Source: Tricharina praecox
Taxonomy: Eukaryota
Direction: 5' to 3'
Assembly (NCBI RefSeq): GCF_024521635.1
Contig: NW_026250442.1
Span: 124,001-186,416, forward strand
Length of the DNA: 62,416 nucleotides
How positions within the stretch are numbered: the first letter of the stretch is position 1; the number at the start of each line of letters is the position of its first letter. Under the pieces are notes generated by a model. That model saw only the letters and a program-made list of their open reading frames with translations, had not been told where the DNA came from and did not search any database. This document shows, piece after piece, positions 1-12,930 of the stretch. A program made the translations under genes and the position numbers.

Positions 1-220
1 CAACACAGCCTCAGCCACCCACTCTTAAGTCGGTATTCCTTTTCCTCTCCGTCGAATATTGGTTTTCAGCAAGGCACGTAGCTAACAGCTGTTGTGAAGC
101 CTGACTAATCTGCGCCTACATAGCAGCATAGGTACGGCTGTGGTTCGTCGTAACCCACAGTCGCACTTCTCGACTGTCAGCGACACCTCCACACCTCACA
201 CATCTTCTTCGCTCGCGATC

Positions 221-2425
221 ATGTCGATCCCGAACGCTGTCACCAGCAGCATCAACGCCCTACCACCACCAACCGCCGCACCCATTCCTGATGACAAAGT
301 CGAAGTCGGCCGTAACATGTCGGAGCCTCCGCTGTTTCCTGCCAACGTGGCGATGAGCGACAGAGTCGATGATGGCGATAATGTCGTCTATCTAGGGATC
401 AGGGCTGTCGCTGAGGCGAGAGGTGTTGCGGGTGCTACGGGCAGTGCTGCGGGTCCTGCTGACAGTGTTGCGGGTCCTGCGGGCCATGTTACGGATGTTG
501 CGGGTGGTTTTGAGCAGATGGGGATCAGGCCTGAGCTCGCCCCCGCCCAAGAAGCACCAGTTGTTTTCTCAGGCACAGTTGATCTCGACCGGCTTCTGGG
601 CATGGTCGCGCGCGAACATAGTGTGCAGCTCCTGGCCGCACCACCGTCGTTTCCTCTGCTCGCCGTACCGCCGAAACAGACGCGTCGCGAGCGTGAGCGT
701 GCAGATGCCGCAGCCTTGCAACAACAGACAGTCCTGGGGAAGCGTCAGAGGGACCGGTCACCGTCGCCCGAGCTACAGTTGACGGAGGAGTTGTTCGAGG
801 AGATCGGTATGGTGAATGGGCTGTTCAAGGAGCCTTGTCTGGGCTTGGTCGAGGCTCCGGCCGTTTTCGAGCTGCTTGTTGCCGGAGACTATGCTTTCCG
901 CGTCAACCTGTCGTTCTCGAGTGGATACCCGTTGGAGGTGCCCGCGCTCATAGCGGTTGAGTCCGAGAACGGAGAGGAGCTCAAGACTTTGGCTCAGGGC
1001 ATCCTGGATGGTATCAAGGATGGCAAGCCGTGTCTAGAGAGACTGGCTCGTGGTATGGCGGAGGCTCTGGAGGAGCAGATCGGCGAGGTGCCTTGGAAGT
1101 ACAAAGCCCACAAAGTGATCCCGATAGTGAACTCCGTGAAAGGAAGGTGGTTTCCCACACTCGAGGAACTCGACATGTTCATGGAGAATCTCCGGGCGGC
1201 CAAGCTGGATTATCCGCCCAAGATGCCAGTCTTTGAGATCAAGGATGGTCTCAAAACAGCGCTCGTCGGTCTCCCCCTGTCATTGCGTTCGTGTGTTTGA
1301 ACTTGGGATGTGTGTGCTAATAGCTATGCCAGATATCGGAAGGGTATGCTCAGGACAAACTCACACAGGAGGGCCAGGTCATAGAAGGGAACGAACGCTT
1401 AGAGTTTCTTGGCGACGCTGTGCTTAACACGCTCATTGCATCCGCCATGTTCCGGATGTACCAAGTAAACGAGGGAGGAATGACGGTATGTGACTGCAGC
1501 TACCGGCGAGCGGCAGGCGGCGTGTATGCTGACCGATGATCAGAAACTACACGACATTCTCCGCTCCAACATGCTGTTCAGCGTTTTCTCGAGGGCGTAT
1601 GAATTCCCAGGCCAGCTGAAGCAGAAGCAAGGTCCAGTAAAACCTTCAGGCTTTTACGAACCAGCCTTCAAAAAGGAGGCGGATATCTTCGAGGCGGTGG
1701 TAGGTGGGCTGCACCTCGACAGCGCTGCCGTGCCCGGGGGTGCGATTGCCATCCAGAAGTGGTTTGACATCTTGATCGAACCATGGATCGATTGGACATT
1801 GACACGAATGAACTCGAACCTAAAGTCGTCGTTCATGACATATAACCGAATTCCGTTGGAGCCTCGCAAGCCATCTAAGGCGCTCGCTCATGCGCCTCCG
1901 GGATCTCGCGCTCGTGCCGGTTCACCGCGACGCAAGATTGCGGTGGCCAGCAGCTCCAGGATAGCCCGCCGCGCCGCTAAGAAGGCGCCTCGCCACTCCA
2001 CGATCGGAGGTTGGCCCGGAGCACCAGAGGGAATGAATGTCGATGCGATGCATGCCGGTGCCGAAGAACGCCGTTGGGCACGCATCCAGCGTCTGGAAGA
2101 CTATCAGACCTTTGAGGTGCAGACCCCGCGTGGCGACAGGCCCGCTCCGGAGCACACAGTTGATGGGCAGGGACACGGTATGCATAGACAGAGCCAGGGA
2201 CTTAGGGTTCACAATGCAAGCTCGATGGCACTGATGGATTCCGAACAGAACAGGCATCGCAACTCGGTGTACCGTGGAGATCCGGGTTACTCGAGGGATC
2301 ACACCAGACTTCCTGACCTGAGAGTAAGAAGACCCGCGCCTCCTCCAGTGCCATACCGCCCCCTTGTGGATTACACTGATCTCGTGGGTCAGAGGCCGGT
2401 CGAACGCGAACAGCGTCATTATTGA
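221..2425 (+). CDS. RWD-domain / RNase III fusion protein (3 exons: 221-1264, 1333-1485, 1544-2425)
   Basis: Introns 1265-1332 (GTCGGT..GCTAAT..CAG) and 1486-1543 (GTATGT..GCTGAC..CAG) join the ORFs into LKTAL|ISEGY..EGNERLEFLGDAVLNTLIA..EGGMT|KLHDILRSN..KKEADIFEAVVGGLHLDS, containing both RNase III signatures. The RWD-like segment EEIGMVNGLF..LSFSSGYPLEVP..GKPCLERL lies at ~776-1080. Exon 2 is absent from the ORF track. Confidence 0.85.
423..505 (+). repeat. Degenerate 21-nt coding tandem repeat (VAGPA-like units)
   Basis: About 3-4 copies of GTGYTGCGGGTSCT.. in the low-complexity N-terminus of the RWD-RNase III gene. Confidence 0.6.
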
Positions 2426-3482
2426 TTCGTTCCGGCAATAGCACTCACTGACCTTGGCATCCTTTTCTTTCCACCAGATGCAATGGCTGTCTCGATCAGT
2501 GTTCACTTACAATACAGCGTTCTGTTTACTTGCCTGCTGATTTGATTTCTACTAATCCCATCTGTCAATAGTGTGCGGGATAAAAGTGTTTCCATAGCTC
2601 AACACCTTTGTGTTCAATTCACGTCTTGTTCGTTTCACTTGTTGCTGCATTGTATGACTGTCATCGGTAATCCTCGGTTTGGTGGATAATCGCGATGATG
2701 GCTAGTGATTTCCTACTTACTGTGAATACTGCTGTGGATGAGTGGGGCTGGCTGCTGGTATGTGTAATTTTATGGTACTGTACTTTGATGACTGCAGAGA
2801 GAGAGAGAGAACATTCATTTATTGTCGCATGGTGTTGACTCTGTAATCGGTCCCATTCGCCCCCGCGGCGTGACGGAGCGAGTGATGTGGTGGGAATATC
2901 CGGCTCGTTGATCGGACCGCCGACTGTTAAGCACAACCAGTTTCTACCATCTAGATCTCTGTCAGCTAAAGTCAGTTTTTACTTTCTGCGCATCGCCAAC
3001 ATCTCAAGTACCTTAGTCATCTCTCTTTGCCGGCCTCCGAAATGACCAGGGCCACTGTCAAGTTTCCACCAGTTAAATTGTGCGGGGTCCCTTGCCGGCC
3101 CCTGCATGTTGTAGTTCTATCGACTGAAGCAAGGCGATGAGCGCCCACTTCTCTGTTTGGCATGTTGTGGCGGGCTGCCTCTATTTCTCCTTGGCATCAA
3201 CATAAGCTTTCTGGAGCACACGCAGCTTTCCCTCCTCTCTCCCAAATCACAACTCAAACCAATCCCTTTCCCTTCACAAAAAGGAACCCCCCACCCCGAT
3301 AGTTTTTTTTAGCAACTATCCCGAACAACTCAAACGCCCCAAAAGGTCCTTCTTTCTCGACGAAAGAGGAGACCAAGCACTCAGTTCAACGCGCTGGATC
3401 ATCACTCCAGCCATCCGCAAGCAACTGTGTCTTCCCAGTCGGCGCCATTCATTCCTCGCGCGTTCTGCCGCCCCTCCATGGG

Positions 3483-5556
3483 ATGGTGGGTAAGTACTCT
3501 AGTTGCTAGCTGTTTTTTTTTGGTGCTCCGACGGACGGACGGACGTGTGGTGTGTGACCGACCGACCGGACGCTGATCATTCGCACCTAACTATCTAGAG
3601 CCACTCCCTGGAATCCGACCCTCCAGTCGCAGTCGCAGTCGCGGCCGCGGCCTCCTCCGTCTCGGCCGTCTTGTCGTACCCCGCCGTTTCCGCCACACCT
3701 TGAATAGTATCGGCACGCTCGGATGGCATGCAATCTACTTTTCGGCCATGTGTCTGGTCGCCTCGTTCATCTTCTACGGCGTGGGACGTAACGTCGAAAG
3801 CAAGCTGGGAGACGCCGACGGCATCGGCGAGAGGATGTCGTATCTCGATGCCCTGTTCCTAGGCGTTACTAGCGCTACGGGTGCGGGTTTGGGGAATGTT
3901 CGTCTCCCCTCCCACCCCCACCCCCGTTGCGTTGGTTGCTAATGGTGGTGGTGGTATCGGCAGGTGGTGCTTTCAAGACTGGATACATTGCAGCAGTTTG
4001 TGGCGTTTTTGTTGATCCTTGCGGGCTCGCAGGTGTGGGTTGCGGCGTGCGTGGTCAACATCCAGCGCGCGTTCCTTGCTCGAAAGATTCTGGACCGGTG
4101 CCGTGAGGAAGAGAAGAAGAAACGACAGAGGCTGCTGCTGGCGGAACAGGCGCAGGCGGCGGCGGGAAACGCCGAGGGAGGTGAGGGCTTGGAGAAACTG
4201 GTCGTGCTAGCTGCGCTACAGGACCATTCTTCGCCTCCCGTCGAACATGTTTCTCATGGCGATGACGAGGGCATCGATGAACACGGCAATGCACATCCAT
4301 TGGGTCTCTTGAAACCTGGCAAGGTATTGCATTCGCAGTGTACAACGGCTGCCACGTCGAGGAATTGCAGCTCCGATAATCTGGCTTTGGTCTTCAGCAA
4401 GGAAAACCAACTGGAATTGATTTCCACCGCTGTTGGTCTCGACAGTGCTTGTTCCCTGAAAGAAGACCAGGAACGTCTCGCGGCTCTCACTCTACTCTCT
4501 TGGATGGTTCCTGTCTATCTGGTCGTTTTCCAGGTCGTGGGCACGATTTGCTTGGGAATCTGGATGTCCCGCTGGGGTAAAGACATCGTCGCTGTCAACG
4601 CACTCAACTCCTGGTGGTGGGCTGCATTCAATGCGATCTCTGCCTTCAACAACTCGGGAATGTCACTTCTGGATGCTGGAATGGTGCCATTTGCGAACCG
4701 TGGCAGTTTCGTAGTTGTTGTACAATGTGCACTGATTCTCGCCGGAAATTCCGCGTTCCCGGTCATCTTGAAGGGTCTACTATTGCTTCTTCGTTTGTGC
4801 GGCTACAAGAACAAGGGACTACTCCTCTTACTGGATGGGAGTCGCTGTCGAAAGGTATTTCCGTACCTTTTCCCGCCGCGGGAGACAAAGTGGTTGATCG
4901 CAATGCTCATCATCCTCAACGGAATCGATGTCGCCGCCTTCCAGATCGCCGCCCCGTCCTCCAACGACTCCGCGCTGCGAGCGCTATCCAACTCGCAGCG
5001 GTTCCTGGCAGGTCTATTCCAAGCGCTCTCCGTCCGCTCCGGCGGCTTCGCCATCGTCTCCATCCGCGATCTGCACATGGGCGTACAGATGGCGTACACA
5101 GTAATGCTCTACACGTCCGCCTTCCCCCTAGCCCTCCCGGGGATCCCGCACCGCTTCCACGCCTCACCGCACCACGCACCCTCTCTCCCAGAATCAGCAT
5201 GGTCCTTCGTCCTCCGTCAACTCCGCGGCCTCATGCGCGCCGGCGACCTGCGCTACCTCGTCGCGGCGGTCTGGTTCATCTGCGTGGTCGAGTCTCCGGG
5301 CGCCGCAGGCGCATTCCCGATCCTGTTTGAGGTCGCGAGTGCCTTTGGATGCGTAGGCGTTAGCTTTGGAGCGCAGAAGGATGGGCGCCTCGCCCTCGTT
5401 GGCGATTGGGGCGGTGCGAGTAAAATGGCGCTCGCTGCGGTTATGCTCTGGGGTAGGACTAGGGAGGTTAGGAGGGGGGTGTTGAAGGGATGGGGCAGGG
5501 GCAGGGGGAGGGGGGATACGTGTGGACTGGTGGGGGGGAAGGATGTGAGTGTTTAG
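3483..5556 (+). CDS. Trk/TrkH-family potassium (cation) transporter; exons ~3483-3489, 3599-3897, 3964-5556
   Basis: Four pore-loop motifs: SYLDALFLGVTSATGAGL, WWAAFNAISAFNNSGMS, GLFQALSVRSGGF, LFEVASAFGCVGVS. Introns GTAAGT..CTAAC..TAG and GTTCGT..GCTAAT..CAG. The start exon is inferred. Confidence 0.88.
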
Positions 5557-6739
5557 AATGGGGTGGGGGTGGGGATAGGGGTGGGGATGTAGATGTGGAT
5601 GTGGATGTGGATGTCTCACTACGGTCTTTTGGAGGGGAGATGGGGAGATGGTACAGACATCTTGGATAAAAAGTGTGGTTAGTACATTTCCGTCCAAGGC
5701 TCTTAGCTGCTGGGTGGAGCCATACAAAGGTTACTACTGGCGGAAAGAACCAACGAGTGCTATGGTATGGATGACTGTCCGAAACATCACCGAGTGCTCA
5801 GTCGAGGCTGGCGTTAGTTATGGCTGCAGATGTATATAGACTGCGCATGCAGAATCCAGATCCTTGGCTGTACGGGCTCGCTGAGAAGGACATCGTCGAA
5901 GCCTCCGCTATCTCGATCCCCCGCTCTCGGCGGTTGTCGACGCAACTCCGGAACTGGAACTTTCCACAAGAACCTACCTAGTAAAGTGCTCCTCCCAACC
6001 GATTGCACGCGAGGCATGGTCTAAGCATGCGGCCAGCGGAAAGCTCCACAACCGCTCTGCACGGTGCATAGGTAGACCGGACCGGTAAGTTTTGGTGCGG
6101 GAAACGGAGGCGGAGGCGCAACGGAGATGATGAGGGGGCAATCGGAGGGGGTGGCCGTCGAGGTAGCCAAGCGTAAGCACCACGCACGACCTATCTACAT
6201 ATCAGTAGTCGTGGGCGGCCCCCTAATCGTACCTTGCCGTTGTTCCCGAGGAGGAAACGTCCGGCGCCGACATCACCGGCCACTTGCATCCACTCTGCCG
6301 TCAACCTCATGCCGTATGATAAATACCACTAGGTAGCCCAACGTACTAGTCATCCGCATCCGCCGCGAGTTGAACGGTACCAGCCAGCGGTAATGTCGGC
6401 GAATCACGATGGAATCTGGGGAAGTCCGGAAGATATGTACCTGTGGCTTGTGCCGAGTACCTATGCACCTACACTGATAGTTAACGCAGCCAAAGCGGTG
6501 GCAAATTCTTACGGTGAAGAGGTCGGGGCAGGAAACAAAAAGGTACAATTATCTTGCGCGCGGCGCTGGAGGGGATTAACATGGAGAGTTTTATATCATA
6601 CTTTTGGTACCTATATCTATCTGTCTTGTCTGCATGACGATCCCCTCGTGCTCGGATTAACTATTAACTAGCGCGTGAACGACTAGAGTAGTTAGGTGCA
6701 TACTCTAAAGTAAACGCTCTTCCTCTCGCGAACCTTGCC

Positions 6740-7429
6740 ATGCTCCTTTACCGCTCCCTCCGCCTCCCCCTCATCCGCGCCACCACAGTCCCGCTCACCC
6801 GCCTCACCTTCATCCGTCGCACCGTCCCCGCGTCCACCAGAATGCTCACCACCTCTTCCGCGCCGCTCGTCTGGATCGACTGCGAGATGTCCGGGCTCGC
6901 GCGCACAGACGTGCTATTACAAGTTGCATGCTACGTGACAGACTCGAGCCTCACGCTCCTCGACTCCGGCGGGCTAAACATCACTCTCTCAGTGCCGGAC
7001 GCTATTCTCGACGGTATGGACGAGTGGTGCACGCGCACGCACGCCGCCACGGGGCTCACGGCCGCTGTGCGCGCGTCTACTACTACTGCTGCGGCGGCGG
7101 AGTGGCTGGTGCTCGAGTATGTCAAGAGGTTCGTGCCAGAGAGGGGCGTGGGACTGCTTGCCGGGAATACGGTACACGCCGATAAGGTGTTCCTGCAGAG
7201 GGAGATGCCGAGCGTGGTCGATTGGCTGCATTATCGAATTCTCGATGTTAGTGCGATTAAGGAGGCGGCGAGGAGGTGGTGCTCTGATGAGGTGCTGCAG
7301 GGTGTGCCTGAAAAGAAGGGGCTCCATGAGGCTGGCGAGGATATCAGGGAGAGTATTGAGGAGGCGAGGTATTGGAGGGATGTGCTCTTTCGGCCGGCCG
7401 GGGGAATGGAGAAGAAGGGGGGGACGTGA
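6740..7429 (+). CDS. REX2: Oligoribonuclease (DEDDh exonuclease, Orn/Rex2) with a probable mitochondrial presequence
   Basis: Motifs LVWIDCEMSGL, MDEWCTRTH, LAGNTVHADKVFL, LHYRILDVSAIKE, HEAGEDIRESIEE; Arg/Thr-rich N-terminus lacking acidic residues. Confidence 0.95.
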   Translation: MLLYRSLRLPLIRATTVPLTRLTFIRRTVPASTRMLTTSSAPLVWIDCEMSGLARTDVLLQVACYVTDSSLTLLDSGGLNITLSVPDAILDGMDEWCTRTHAATGLTAAVRASTTTAAAAEWLVLEYVKRFVPERGVGLLAGNTVHADKVFLQREMPSVVDWLHYRILDVSAIKEAARRWCSDEVLQGVPEKKGLHEAGEDIRESIEEARYWRDVLFRPAGGMEKKGGT

Positions 7430-9705
7430 GGGATGAATTCACACCCTACGTACATAGCCGATTGTTCGAACTTCGACGCGAGTGTTCGGGGTAAAGCTGT
7501 GATCCAACTGGCAACGACCGTCAATTGTCGGCGATCATCTTGCTCGAGCGTCGCTTAAACTTGTGATGTTTCATCTGAATGCGATTGGCGTGCGGGGGGC
7601 TCTGCTACCATGGGCGAGGCACCAGTCGCGTCTCCGTGAACAAGGGCGGTTCGTATTGTGGCAAGTACAGTAGAAGTGTAAGGACTTGACGCGACACAGA
7701 GATTGGTTCGGTCCGGTAAGCATACGGTAACTTGGAGTTGTGCAATCCGTGTTATCCACGTCGAGCAGGAGTGATCCACCAATGGTGGGGCAGCGGGTGG
7801 AGATCATATAGGTAGATCGTTTCTGCGGCCAACCGTTTTACCGTTAGGGTTCGGCATCGACGGTCCCTTTGAATCGCTTTCCGTTTGCCTCCGAAGAGCC
7901 TGAGCTCAATTGACTACTTTCGTCCGTCAGATACATACTCAGATGTCTAGGCCGTTCGACGGCTCGAGCCATGGGTAGCTCGGATCGGGGGAGCAGGCTT
8001 CCTTTGGCTCATCCGCGCCGGTTCTAGCGGTCGAATCGGTCGTAAAGTTTGGTGAACCTTCTGAGGTGGTATCTCCTATTTACAGCCCGTCTTGGCTCTC
8101 TGTAGGTTGGCTCGGCGCGGTCTTTGGACGGCATCTGAACCGGTTGACACTGATGCCGGGGACCCGCGCACAATTCAGCACTCGCACTTCCAGTACTATC
8201 GCCCAGTGGCACGTGAAAGTACCTATTGCTACTAACCACCGCTAGCAGGGAATGGATGGGAACTTATTCCCGTTCCTGCATCGTGACGCAGTGTACTTTA
8301 TGTGTGGGGAACGCCTGGTATGTAGCTAGAGCACCGGCACCCCAGTGAGCAGAAGTGCTCTACCTGTGTAGAGTACATACAGTACACTGCCTTACTCAAC
8401 TCCATGTAGAGTGGATTCCCTACGCGTCAGCAGTGTCCGCGAGAAAGTGAGGCTTCAGTCGCGGCACTGGAATCTGCGTGGATTCTGCACTGCGGGAGTG
8501 ACGGAGAGAAGAAGCGTCGTGGCACTGTCGTTGAGCGAGCGCGCTACTCGCCAGCTAAACATCGCTATGAGCTCCTTTATCTCCGTTTGCCGGCTGTGCT
8601 CCCGGAGCTTGTGATGATTATTGGCAGCGAGCGGAGAAGTTCACGGCATGGCATGGCATGTGGCCTGGCGTTGGCTACATGCTATCTCCCGCTCGTCTTC
8701 TGCCAGTCAAAGCGACAGCTGAGAGTCTTGGACGGGCCGCGCTAGCTTCTAAGCAGCACCCACTGGCATCCAAGCCACACACTCCTCAAACACTCGACTC
8801 CTCTCTCCACTTTCTCCTCGGTGCCCTTACCTCACCACCACCACCCCCTCCTCCCCCCTCACAGCTCACCGTATCACGAGGTTTCTTCACGCTTCTCCTA
8901 GTAACGCCATAACTCGCAGCGAGAACGACAAGAACCGTCTCCGCGCCACAGGTTCAAATCACGTAACTATTCATCCTGGTACCCCGCCGCCGCCGCCTCT
9001 GCCTCCACTCTCCGGACCGACACACACAGAGCTTGCGTCCAGAGAGATATGAAAACAGCTGTCTCGAGTCTCGACGTATAATTCTTTGCACGCTTCTCAT
9101 CCTCCATTCGACTCAGCTTTCAATTCGACTCCCGTCTCCCTTGCCGTCACCTTCTGTCTCCACATAGCTCCTGTCTCCTTCCGTCTCCTCGCCGGAGAGA
9201 ATGCAAAGAGCTCGCTTCCCTGCTCCGTCTTGCCGACCGAGAAGAATCGCATTAACACGTACGGCTCCAGCTTCTTCGTCATTGTCGTTGCCGACCGTTG
9301 CTCCGTGGCTATCATCGTAGCACGCTCGGAAAGAAAGGAAATCAGAAAAGGAGTCCGGACAGGAACGGACGGAGAGAGAGAGACCAGCGGAGAAACGAGT
9401 CGTCATCAATTACATACACCCCCGTACTACCTCACATACTATCCCTACGCCCCACTTCTCGTCCTTCTTCTCTCCTTCACAAAAACAAATAGTCATCTCG
9501 TCAGTTCGCCCTTCGCCAACTAATCATCAGCTCGTGACACCACTTCTGCGACCAGCGAAAGAAACCTCCACCTCCTCTCCCCCTCCTCCTCCTCCTCCTT
9601 TAGCTCTCCCACTACCACCACTACCACCACTACCACTACTATTGCCACTCCCACCACCACAACTCAGCTTCGAAACATCGAACGAAAGCAAAAAAATCCT
9701 TCACG

Positions 9706-11532
9706 ATGCCGCCCCCACGGCTGCAGTCTGTATTTCTATTTCTGTCAATGGTATCGCTTATGCTACTGCTCTGCTATCTTTCGTTTACCACATTCGCCTC
9801 CGACTCCCACGGCCAAGCGACCTCTTCCTTCCTGTTTCCTACGTCCGCCGTCATCTCCCTGACCGACGACAACAGCACGTTTTTTATCTCGCGACCCGCC
9901 GCGTTCGGCCCCACGCTGCCAAAAAGCGGCTTGGACGGAGAGCTCTTTGTGCTCGAGGAGGGTCAGTTGGCCTGTGACGACGCTCCCGGCTGGGATCCGT
10001 CAACCGCGCTAGACCTCTCCGGCATGCCGTTGGTTCCGGAAGGCGCCGGAGAGGACGATGGCACCGACAACAATCTGAATCCGCGTCTGCCGAATACTGC
10101 CATCAAGACGTTGAGCGGACATGCCGACATCCAATCGCTGCAGCAGAGTGCTGAGATCGAGGGGAAGATCGTACTAGTGCAGCGTGGAGGCTGCGGATTC
10201 TTGGAAAAGGTGCTGTGGACTCAGCGTAGAGGAGGTATCGCATTGATAGTCGGAGACTACAAAAGACCCGGTATCGGTGGTGGCGGTGGCAGCGGCGTTC
10301 TGGTGACGATGTACGCTAAGGGTATTTCCCCCTCTTACCAGTGCACCCGCAATCTTTGTTATTTTTTTGAAGGGGGACGATACTGAACTTGACATCTAGG
10401 CGATACAAGCAATGTCTCGATCCCGTCCGTGTTTACCTCGCACACCACCGCTGCGCTTCTCACGACGCTGCTTCCTCAGTTCCCTCGCCATCAAGCAGCG
10501 GTAAGCCCGTTCCAACCGCAGTCGCTCGCACCGAAACCGTCGCCTACAACGGGCTTCAGCAATGCTCCTCCACTATCTATTCCTCAAGATCCCGCTGGCG
10601 ACCGGCCTCAGCTCGTCGGCGCACGGATACCCGAGAGATTGGTCGGGCAGCCCCAACCGATCATCACTACGACTACCACCGTCACCACTGTCAAGCCTAC
10701 CGCCACAGCGGCGGCGATGCGACCCGGAGTGAAATCCCACGTCAAGAAGCCTTTACTCCCGGCAGCCCAGCGTTCCGGTCTGTGGATAACTTTGACGCCG
10801 ACCACTATGACGTCATCACCATTCTTCGACACACTGCTGGTCCTAGTGGTGTCTCCATTGGTTACATTGACTGTTGTATACACGTTACTACTGATCCGCT
10901 CACGCATCCGGAGACGGCGTTGGAGAGCACCGAAGAGTCTCGTCGAGCGTCTGCCGGTCAGAACGTATCAATCGACCGCAACACCCCCGATGAGCGCTAC
11001 ATTTCCCTCTCGCTCATCGTCCTTACCCGCCGCCCGTAGCGGCGACGAAAACGCCGCGACCACCCCACCCCGGAGGTCTCCAACACCACAGGCATCTCAA
11101 CGAAGCAATACGGATTTAGCTGCGCGGAACATTGGCCGGGCGTTCCACCGTCGATGGAGCGGCTGCAGTGAATGCGTAGTATGCCTGGAAGAGTATGTGG
11201 ACGGTGTCAGCCGAGTGATGAAACTACCGTGCGGCCACGAGTTCCACGTAGGTTGCATGTAAGGCTTCCCCCTCCCCCCGATCCCAACGATCAACTGCAC
11301 AACACTGACATTCATTCCCCGTGCCAGAACACCGTGGCTCACAACCCGCCGCCGAACGTGTCCCATCTGTAAAGGAGACGTTGTCCGCGGCGTCCGTGCC
11401 ATATCAGACCCCGAGACGGCCGGCGACGGCGCAGACGAGACTACACCGTTGGTCATGGGCGTCGAGGAATTTGAAGATGTCGAGGAAGGCGTTAGTGACT
11501 GGACACCAAGGGACTTGGAACGGCGTGGATAG
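9706..11532 (+). CDS. PA-domain, transmembrane, RING-H2 E3 ubiquitin ligase; exons 9706-10321, 10400-11258, 11328-11532
   Basis: Signal anchor; PA motifs PAAFGP and GKIVLVQRGGCGFLEKV; TM TLLVLVVSPLVTLTVVYTLLLI; spliced RING CVVCLEEY..LPCGHEFHVGC|ITPWLTTRRRTCPICK. Confidence 0.92.
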
Positions 11533-12930
11533 GACCACACAAGGCACGCTAGTGTAAGGCTTTGGAGTTTTTGATTTTTTGTCTGTTTTTTTGGGGCTTG
11601 AAGTTGGTGTAGGTATTGTTTTGTTTTTTGCTTGTTTGTTAGTGTTTTTGGGGTCTGATTCTTACTGCTTTTTTTTGGCTTATCCATCTCTGGTTTTTGG
11701 TTTCTATAGTTGCTCTACTCTATAGTTAGTCTTGGAAGCCTTTTCATTTTGTCTCTTGGGGTGGTTGGTTGGGACCGTTCGGAAGTGTTGATTGATTGCA
11801 CGATGGTGTACATGCTCGTTGGGACGTCGAGTTGAGTTGGGTTGCAGGCGCATGGGGAAGGAGTAGGAGTAGGAGTAGGAGTACAAAGGAAAGGAAAGGC
11901 CCAAGGGCGTGTGTATGTCGGCGTGTGTAAGTCGGCGGTGTATGTCGGCGCTGGAAGGGATGGGATGGGATGGGATGGGGAAGGCAAAGTGAGAGTGAGA
12001 GTAATGACATATATAGCCATTTCGATAGTGTCCATCAAGAGTAGGGGATGATGTGGCCTCTAGTGCTCAGAGCTGTAGCAGCCGTTTATGTTTGGAGATA
12101 GATAGCTTGATGTGTGCACCGGGAATGGGGAGTGATTCCATATATTTACACCCCTGGTTGGTACTCTAGTTACTGCTAACTGTGGTGCAGCTGCTGGCCG
12201 GATAATACGTTACCTACAGGCCGTATGAAACAATAGATTGATGAGTGATCTCTTTCTCTCTTTCTTGTTGTGAAGTACATACCCACTGGAATGAGAAGGC
12301 GGCCTCGTCTGTCTGTCTCAAGTTGGACGACGGAGTCGAGAAACCTAGTCTGAACTGCGTCTCGTACCGCAGCCAACCATCGCGGCCTTGCGGTACACGC
12401 AGAACAGATACTTTGGCGCAGAAGGAGTGCATACCGTAGAGACCAAAGGTTGCTACCGGTACTGGAGTATAACTACTATCTGATACTACCGCATCATGGT
12501 GAAGTCCTTCAATCTGGCGTGTCGTTCCTTTCGTCTGCACATTGGAGCAGTGTTTAGTTACAGTCTACCGGGTTATGCAGGGCTCCTGGACAAATAAAGT
12601 ACCGCCCTTCAGCCGTTCTCAACTTCTCGTCAGCCTTGACGACTCAATGGAGAAGCGCTGAAACACGGCTAGGCCACTTTGGCTGGTTTGGGAAAATACA
12701 TGTTCAGCCTCACTCCTTTTTGTATGCAGTTAGTTTACTCCTTGCTGCTACATATAGGGAGAGTTCCTAAATGCTATCATGGGGGAGGAAGGGGGAGGCT
12801 GAGGAGGGTGTTGAGTGGGCTACTATACTTTTCATCCTCCTCTGGTATCTAGAGTCCATATCGTGAACTGTTGATATCGACATCATACATACACACACAA
12901 ATATTTGATTTCACCACTATCGACAAGAAC

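Noticed and set aside
5557..5620. GATGTG/GGGGTG simple repeats after the Trk stop (similar tracts at 11860-12000)
   Set aside because: Ordinary 3' UTR microsatellites.
9086..9705. ORFs 9086-9523 and the poly-Pro start of 9534-9977
   Set aside because: CT-rich 5' leader and CCA/CCT microsatellites upstream of the PA-RING gene.
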